Positions 54,916-64,000 of a stretch of 64,000 nt of DNA are shown here, piece after piece. How positions within the stretch are numbered: the stretch's first letter is position 1; each line of letters begins with the position of its first letter. Origin of the DNA: Lama guanicoe (Eukaryota). Both the position numbers and the translations under genes were made by a program. Under the pieces are notes generated by a model. The model was given only the letters and a program-made list of their open reading frames with translations. It was not told the origin of the DNA and did not search any database. The DNA lies in assembly GCA_013239625.1 (NCBI GenBank), contig MU053810.1, positions 558,001-622,000 on the forward strand, in the 5' to 3' direction.

Positions 54916-55867
54916 TTTTTAAAAGGCTTAGAAATAAAACAAAGAATGTTCCTTCTGACCGGTGCTTTCCAGCTACTGCTTCGTCTCACGGTCAGATGTC
55001 TAGAATTATCTAATCCAGGTGTCTCCACCTCCTTAACTCCTGTGTGTCCTTTAGCAAGTACCACCTAGCTTCTGTTCCCCTCGCTCCACTGAAATAGCCC
55101 TTGACCGTCCTGTTGCTAAATCCGATGGCCACATCGTAGTCTTCCTCTCCTCTGACTCCTCCCTCCTTGAGTTTGAGGACACAGAGATTCCAAGTTTTCC
55201 TCCTGCTTTTCTGGATGCTCTTTGGGGAAAACTTTTCCTCCATCAGCCTTTTAAAAGCTGTTTTCCCCAATACCCTGTGGTTTCAAACACACCTATACTC
55301 TGATGATACCCAAATCTACACCCCAAGAACAGATTCCTTCATTAACTCCATGTATATATACACACACACATCAAAGTGCCTGAAATCTCAATGCCATTCA
55401 GCCACCTCCGAGTTTAATGACCAACACTGAATCCATCATCCTTCCTCCCCAAACCTGCTCCCTCTCCTTGACTCTCTACTGGGGCGAACGCCATCCCCAT
55501 GACACTGGTTGTCCTGGCCAGGGAGCAAGGAGATAACCAGGACTGGTCTTTCCTCTTCACTCTCTACCTCTACCACTAAGTCCCACCGCTGCTGTCTTCC
55601 GAATTGTTCTCAAACCCAGCCCCATCTCCCACCGCACTGCTGTTGCCCTAATTCACAGCCCCGTGACTTCCCGTCTAGATGACCGAGAAGCCTCCTTAGA
55701 AATTGTCCTAGTTCTCATCCTTCTTCAGCATGGCTTCCAAGGCACCTCCAGGAAAGCTCTTTCTAATACGGAAATCTTGTCACCTGTTCACAACTGCCCC
55801 ACGGTTTCTCTTTTACATAATGTTCTGAGACTTTCACAGTGTGGGGATCTTGTCTGTCCTGTCTCCT

Positions 55868-56006
55868 CTTTTTTTACTTCTTTGTATTTTGGGGGGGTGG
55901 GTGGGTAATTAGGTTTATTTATTTTTGGAGGTAGTACTGGGGATTGAACCCAGGACCTTGTGCATGCTAAGCATGCGCTCCACCACTTGAGCTATGCCCT
56001 CCCCAC
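55868..56006 (-). mobile_element. tRNA-derived SINE (Vic-1-like) within L2-like sequence
   Basis: Reverse-complement SINE body. Confidence 0.86.
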
Positions 56007-57453
56007 CTTCCTCTTCTTTTACTCCTATATCCACTTTCCAGCTTAAACTCCGGTCACATGAAGCTCTAAGCAGTTCCCTGAGCATGAGGTCAAGGCCTCT
56101 TACGTCACAGCTTTTACATAGGCTATTGTGTCCACCTAGAATGTTCTCCCTACATTATTAGACAAGGCAATTCCAAGTGTCCAAGTCCCAGCTCAAGTCT
56201 GGCCTCCTCTCTAAAATTCTTCCTTATAATCCCCAAGTAGGTTGGCTGCTGCTTCTTCTGTGCGTCTTTTGTACTTTGCATACTTGTATACACTTACCTA
56301 CCCTGTTGAATCTATTAATGTTTTTAATTATTGTGAAAAAAAATTTAAGATGGCTCATAGATATACATAGTACACAACATGATACTGTAAATGTGAGTGA
56401 AGGGAAAGAAGATAAATAGAGATTGAGACACTGAACAGGGTTAGGGAAAAGACACAACCTGATAACCTACTTTCTCGAGGCTGTCATGGTCTCCACCCCT
56501 CCCTGGAAACCCCTATTGATAAGGGGAGGTCCATCAGTTGCAGGATTCACGGGGTGCACACAATTAAGCCGAACTACTGCTCAGCGAACCACGACTACTC
56601 TCAAAACCAAGATCGAGCAGGAGTTTCTCCCAGGGCCTTCGTATAAAGGACACAGTATCAGATAAGAAATGACATCTTCCACAGCATCCTCCTAACAGAT
56701 GCAAGGCCGTTACTTGGGGCTTTCTAAACAGCAGTATTCAAAATTAACTGATACTATGCCTCAAATCACAAATCAATAAAAGACACTGGGTGGGAGAGAT
56801 ACTAAGCGTTCTTAGTGACTAGTGATCTAGACACTGATTAAGGGGGGATTATAGACTAACTTAAGGATGAGCTGCATGTCCTTTAAGTAATTGTCCTGGA
56901 ATCTCGCCTTTGACAAGTGAATTTTCAAAACATTGGGTATCAGTGAACCCAGTACTCTTAAACAAATGGCTACAGGAGGAAAAATCACGCCCCGCCACTG
57001 ATCATACCTTAACGGATAATTTAATAAGCTTCAGGTGCCAGGTGCTATGCTAGTTGTTGGAGAACCAAAAATGAAAAGACCCAGCCCCCGTCCTTGACCC
57101 TAGAGAACCTAATTCAGTGACCGGCACACAGAAATAAACGGCAATGGATATATTCATCAAGCCTGCCGAACCTTAGGGAGTAAGGCAACCTTGAGAAAGC
57201 GCTCTCCTTCTTTTTGAAGGTAGGAAAGCAATGTTCGCTTATTATCCATGTCTTCAGCTGACTTTGGTGAATTCAGTAACACGCAGGTTACAATGTCAAT
57301 TTTGTACTGACAGAGCGAACGTCCATTTGAAACTGACATGGTCACAGGGAAGCAGCCAAAGTAAGACGGCTCGAGTTGACACCCTCGGGTGTTACTTCCA
57401 CTCCGAGTGGAAAGAACCTACGTTGTCCACCTGTTCAGCATCGCTTCATTTCA

Positions 57454-57702
<249 letters not shown>

Positions 57703-57849
57703 TTAAGGCAAGAAGTAGAAGAAAAAAACAGATTCCCATGAATAACCTACATAATAACAAGGCTTGGTGACGCTGAATTCTTACACACCAGTTCATCCCC
57801 AGAACTGTCCTTAGGATAACAGATTCTCCTTCTTAAGAATAGACCTGTC

Positions 57850-58240
57850 CTGAGAAAGACAAATACTGTAAGGTACCACTTATATGTGGAACCTAAAAAA
57901 TTACAACAAACTGGTGAATATAACAGAAAAGAAACAGACTCACAGATGTAAAGAAGGAACTGGTGGTGAGCAGTGGGGAGAGGGGAGGGGGAGGGGCAAG
58001 ATGGAGCTGGAGGATTAAGAGGGACAAATGTCAGGTATAAAACAAGCTACAAGGATGTATTGTACATATGGGAATACAGCTAATATTTTATAATACCTAT
58101 AAATGGAGTATAACCCTTAAAAATTGTGAATCACTATATTGTATACCTGTAATGTATAATAATGTACATCACTGATACTTCAATTTTAAAAATACGATAT
58201 TGTAAAATAAATACATATCTAGATAAAGTTAAAAAAATAC
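57850..58240 (+). mobile_element. LINE-1 3' end
   Basis: gagaaagacaaatactg...cacttatatgtggaacctaaaa...; similar to 31710-31920; acctgtcct flanks. Confidence 0.75.
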
Positions 58241-58581
58241 CTGTCCTATATTCAACGCTCTGTAGTCAAGGTGAGATTGTATAGGAATGAGAGTCCCCAC
58301 CATTCACCCCATCATTTTTAGAGGAAAATTTCTTTCCAGTACATCCAGTACTTTGTTTCCCAGGAATAATTCTTTCATAGTCTAATCACTGACGAAGGTT
58401 GTCAACAGAACTTATACTAAGATTAAATGTTTTCAGGTAAGAAAAATGAACACATTAGAGAACCTCTCTCGTTGATGAAAATGTAAGAGGTAGGTGTAAC
58501 TCAAAACTGTAGGCGTCACATACAACAAATGTCATATAAAGCATCCTCTCCCCGCTGTGCAGCTGTACAGAAATGTCCTAC

Positions 58582-58666
58582 CTTCAGCAAGTAACGAGCC
58601 CAAGGCCAGAGCTTCTGCCGTGGCCCAGTCTAACTTCGTTCCGTCCATCACCTTCTCCATTCTGGA
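58582..58666 (-). CDS. DHTKD1: DHTKD1 exon 9
   Basis: [28 protein letters not shown]; 85 nt. Confidence 0.96.
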
Positions 58667-59588
58667 CTGTAAAATCAAAGGGGAGGGGAAAAGAAACTTC
58701 TAAGAGTCCATACCCGTTTCCATATTGAGTTCAAAAAAGGTAATGCAACCATGGTTAAGTGTCAAAAACTTAATGTTAAGTACAACAGAAAGTGCAGAAG
58801 GAAACATGAGAGTATGACAGAAATTATATGACGCTTGAAAGCAGGCAAAACAAACAGGCAGTCAGGTTAATGGTTAGCCCGGCGGATGGATGAGAGGAGG
58901 TGGCATGAGGAAGTGGTTGTGGGGAACCACATGGGTAACATTCTATTTCTTCAGCCAGATGGTGAGTGCATCAATTGTTTTAACAGCCTCTGTGCCTATA
59001 ACAGAAACTTACAAATGTAGTTAGTGTTTTGAAAATAATCTAGAGCTCACAGTGTCTTCTTCATCCACTGTGTTCAAGACATATCTCCTTGCTCTCCTGC
59101 TTTTAGTGCTGAAAGTCCCTCATTCCAGGAAACCACCAAGCCGCAGGCAAACCTCAACAGTGTGTCAATCCATACTTAACATGAGACAGTATGTAAAACC
59201 TCAACATATTTAAGGGTCTAAATGGTTGCCTTTTGGGAGAATGTGTGTTGATTTTCATTTATTTTATTTGAGCCATTCCCCCCAAAATGAAAGTTGTCTT
59301 CTGCTCACTGGTCAGAATAAGCAAGACCTGTACGGCTGGGCTCTTAATAATGTGCATGTCGCACATAATGTATGAAACATGTATAAATGAATGAATGAAT
59401 TAGTAGATGAAAATTACACATAGGCAAAATCCAAGTTAATTGACCATCGGTATCAAAACACCACTAGGGTTGTGACACACAGTACATCTTTGCCGAATGC
59501 ACTAGCCAATCAACAAGACCAGACCCACATCAATTCCTTTGCTGTGCAAGATGGACAAACTATACCCAGAGGTCTCTGGGCTCCTTAC

Positions 59589-59901
59589 CTGGACGTGCAT
59601 CTTCAGAAGGTGACTGTGCATCTGGAGTTCCTCCGGCACCTCCACAGACTTCCTGGCAATGAACCGCAGGAGGTCGAGGGGCACACCTGTGTTCCAGGTG
59701 GTAATGCAAGCTTCCGGCTGTACCAGGCCCTGCCAGTGGGCCTGCAGGTTCGTGGCAGGGGGGCTGTAGTGGGCCGTGTTGGTGAAATGGCCATTTAACT
59801 TTGCATAGTAGGAGGCTTTGATGTCCGACACCTCCTCCTGGGTCATGAGTCCACTGGCCGTGAGGTACTCTGCGTATGTGTCAGGGATGCTCTTCCGGGC
59901 T
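59589..59901 (-). CDS. DHTKD1: DHTKD1 exon 8
   Basis: [13 protein letters not shown]...[14 protein letters not shown]; 313 nt; AG/GT bounded. Confidence 0.96.
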
Positions 59902-61083
59902 CTGTCCAAGAAAGAGGGAAACAAAAATCAACCCGATTTGTGAAAATCAAAGAGAGACAGATACAGTCAGTGTCAAAGGTATTCACGGAGTGTCTTCGCT
60001 ATAAAAACACACACGAGAAATGTTTTGGAGGCTAGACAGAGCGGGTGCTTGCACAACATCGCGAACGTGCTAAATGCCACTGAATTGTTCACTTGAGAGT
60101 AGTCCGTTTCATGTCATGTGACTTTCATGCCAGTAAATTTTTCCTTTCTTCCTTTTTTTTTTTAAGGCAGTGGTGAGTAACCATCTCTTCCAGGCAAGCA
60201 AGAGGAAACAAATTTATCTTTATAAGCATCTGTTTACAGTCAAGTAGAGGTTAATGAGCAGAGAGGTTTTTCTTTGAATCAGTAAATTCTGGACTGTTAT
60301 CTACAAGGCTGACCTGTACCGTCTCCCCGTTCCACACTGCTTTATTTCAAAAACCACTGCACCCAAAGTTGCCAAAATCTGTTTCTGTTTGCTTTAAGAA
60401 GCCTGTAACTCTTCAGCACCTGGTTTTACAACGACAATAATAATGACGCTCCTCTGCATTTGCACAATACTTTAAAGTCTGGTTGTTTTGATTATCATAT
60501 GTAATCCTGACAAAAATGAGAGGTAGGCAGAATAGCTTTTTAAAAATTGGATCCTGAGTCACATGAAGTCATTGAGCTGCTAAGTTCAGAGATAAATGGA
60601 GAATTCAGATTTGTTGTTCCAAGAGCAGCCTATAAAATGTCACCTATGATTAGAAGAGCCCATAAAGTGTCACCAAGTTTATTCCTCTCCTTGAATCTAT
60701 GTCCGTGAGGAAATAAAGCAGGGAAGAGGGATCTATTTCACTTTCTAGCAACCAAAAAGGAAATCCCAAAGTAATACATTCCTCTCCATCACGTTAACCT
60801 CCTGGCTCAGTGCTGTCCCCAAAGAAGTAATAATGTAAGCCAATGTGGAATTTAAAATTTCCCAGTGGTCACACTAGAAAAGGTGAAATTAAGTGGAATT
60901 AATTTTAATCGTACATTCATTTAACTCAGTATATCCAGAATATTGTCACTTCATTGTCCAATCAGTATCAAAATTACTATTGAGACTGTCTACACTCCTT
61001 TTTTTCATACTAAGTCTTTGAAATCTGGTGTACACATTACACTTACAGCACATCTCCATCAAGACTTGTCACATTTCAAGTGT

Positions 61084-62197
<1,114 letters not shown>

Positions 62198-62297
62198 TCA
62201 ACCCATGAACCCACCTCCAAGTCCCATCGCTCGCCTGGGGGGACAGCCAACATCCTCAGGGGTAGTTGGGCTTGGCTGTTAAGAACCCATGCTGTGT

Positions 62298-62392
62298 CGG
62301 GGAGGATATAGCTCAGTGGTAGAGTGCTTGCTTAGCATGCATGAGGTCCTGGGTTCAATCCCCAATATCTCCATTTAAATAAACAAACAAAC
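62298..62392 (+). mobile_element. tRNA-derived SINE whose tail is interrupted by an L1 3' end
   Basis: SINE body then aaacaaacaaac; the tail resumes (aaacaaacaaacctgattacctcccc) after the L1 piece. Confidence 0.85.
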
Positions 62393-62397
62393 ATGCC

Positions 62398-63089
62398 ATG
62401 GGGGAGGAGGGGTGGGAAGAGATAGGCTGGGAGTTCAAAATTTGTAGGTACTGACAGGCATATGTAGAATAGATAAACAAGATTATACTACTTAGCACAG
62501 GGAAATATATACAAGGTCTTGTGGTAGCTCACAGTGGGAAAAAAATGTGACAATGAATATGTGTATGTTCATGTATGACTGAAAAATTGTGCCCTACACT
62601 GGAATTGGACACAACATTGTAAAATGACTATAACTCAATAAAAAAATGTTTAAACAAACAAACCTGATTACCTCCCCCAAAAAAGTTTAACAAGAATCCA
62701 CACATTGGGGTCCAGCTCACAAAAATGGTTTGAAGTCCCAGATGGGGGAGGAGGGGTGGGAAGAGATAGGCTGGGAGTTCAAAATTTGTAGGTACTGACA
62801 GGCATATGTAGAATAGATAAACAAGATTATACTATTTAGCACAGGGAAATATATACAAGGTCTTGTGGTAGCTCACAGCGGGAAAAAAATGTGACAATGA
62901 ATATGTGTATATTCGTGTATGACTGAAAAATTGTGCCCTACACTGGAATTGGACACAACATTGTAAAATGACTATAACTCAATAAAAAAATGTTTAAACA
63001 AACAAACAAACCTGATTACCTCCCCCAAAAAAGTTTAACAAGAATCCACACATTGGGGTCCAGCTCACAAAAATGGTTTGAAGTCCCAG
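62398..63089. repeat. Direct tandem duplication, 2 x about 345 bp (L1 3' end plus flank)
   Basis: 62398-62741 versus 62742-63089; a few substitutions and small indels. Confidence 0.95.
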
Positions 63090-63954
63090 CTCTGTGACTA
63101 ATTGTGTGATCCTGGTAAAGGTATGAATCTCTGCCTCCTTATCTGCGGCACCCCTTAGTGATGCCTCAAGGAGTCAGTGAGTTAACGCATATAAAGTACT
63201 TAACAGGGCCTGGTACATAATAACGGATACTTATTTGTTATTGTCATCATTACTATTATCTTTCCTCCTGAGGTCAAAGGGTCATTAAACGAAGCATCCT
63301 AGACAAAAAAAAAAGGGGGGGGGCGGTTTCTCCAAAGAGAAGTTTGAAATTGAATTTTCAGAATCTCTAACTAATCAACAAAAAATTCACATAGATAATC
63401 CCAAAAGACATCCAGGCCAGGTCTGGGTGTAAAAACAGAGTGGTTTCTACCATCTGACAAATCTTGTAACTCTACAGAAGAGGGACTAGGTAATAAAAGC
63501 CCTGCATTTCTTTTCATGCTACCGATTTCCACAGGTTAAAACAGGCTGACTTTGTTCCTCACATCTGATTTCTAACCAGGCTACTTGACCAAATTTACCA
63601 GTTGAATATATCCATTTTGACTAAGATCTTGGGTACTCCAAGCTTGCATATCCTAAAGAGAATCACTCCAGTGGTACTAACTGTGTTCATCTCTGGATGC
63701 CACCAGATCATTCAACTGGATACTTAAGCAACTTGGGATTGCATCCTCTAAGTTCCGCTCTTGTCTTATTTCCTTTGATTTAAAGATCACACTCAGACTT
63801 TTAAAGGAACAACACTGTTGGTGACCACTGACCACACCTGATCCAAATTTAAAACGAGACAACCAGTGGGGCTCACTGTTCTGAGTGAACTAGAAGTTTC
63901 CCTAGGAATTCCTTGTCTGACTCAACACCACCAACTCCTCCCTGTGTTACATAC

Positions 63955-64000
63955 CAATATCACTACAGTATAAGGAAGACCGTCCTCTTTCTGCGGGAGT
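63955..64000 (-). CDS. DHTKD1: DHTKD1 exon 6, 3' end only (cut by window edge)
   Basis: TPAERGRSSLYCSDI(G)|gtatgt; phase 1 joins exon 7. Confidence 0.92.

Overview
Mammalian genomic DNA, probably a camelid: about 13 copies of a tRNA-derived SINE resemble the Vic-1 family as I recall it. The window holds the conserved NUDT5 / SEC61A2 / DHTKD1 block. NUDT5 (+) has a complete 219-aa CDS in 9 coding exons, including a 9-nt microexon. SEC61A2 (-) has a complete 476-aa CDS in 12 exons with a CpG-island promoter at about 38.8-39.6 kb. DHTKD1 (-) is present from the end of exon 6 through exon 17; its 5' part lies beyond the window. Exon numbering follows my recall of the human genes. All exons were placed by hand using GT/AG boundaries and phase continuity. 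Main observations: (1) a CpG-rich processed MAZ retrocopy in DHTKD1 intron 12, with poly(A), a target-site duplication and all zinc fingers deleted; (2) a chain of frame-compatible minus-strand exon-like segments downstream of SEC61A2, running antisense through the NUDT5 3' end, with RFX X-box-like motifs just upstream; (3) an L1 fragment that appears to supply the polypyrimidine tract and branch point of DHTKD1 exon 14; (4) a NAGNAG acceptor on the NUDT5 microexon; (5) two young tandem duplications flanking DHTKD1 exon 7. Homology calls rest on recalled sequences, not on searches, and repeat boundaries are approximate.
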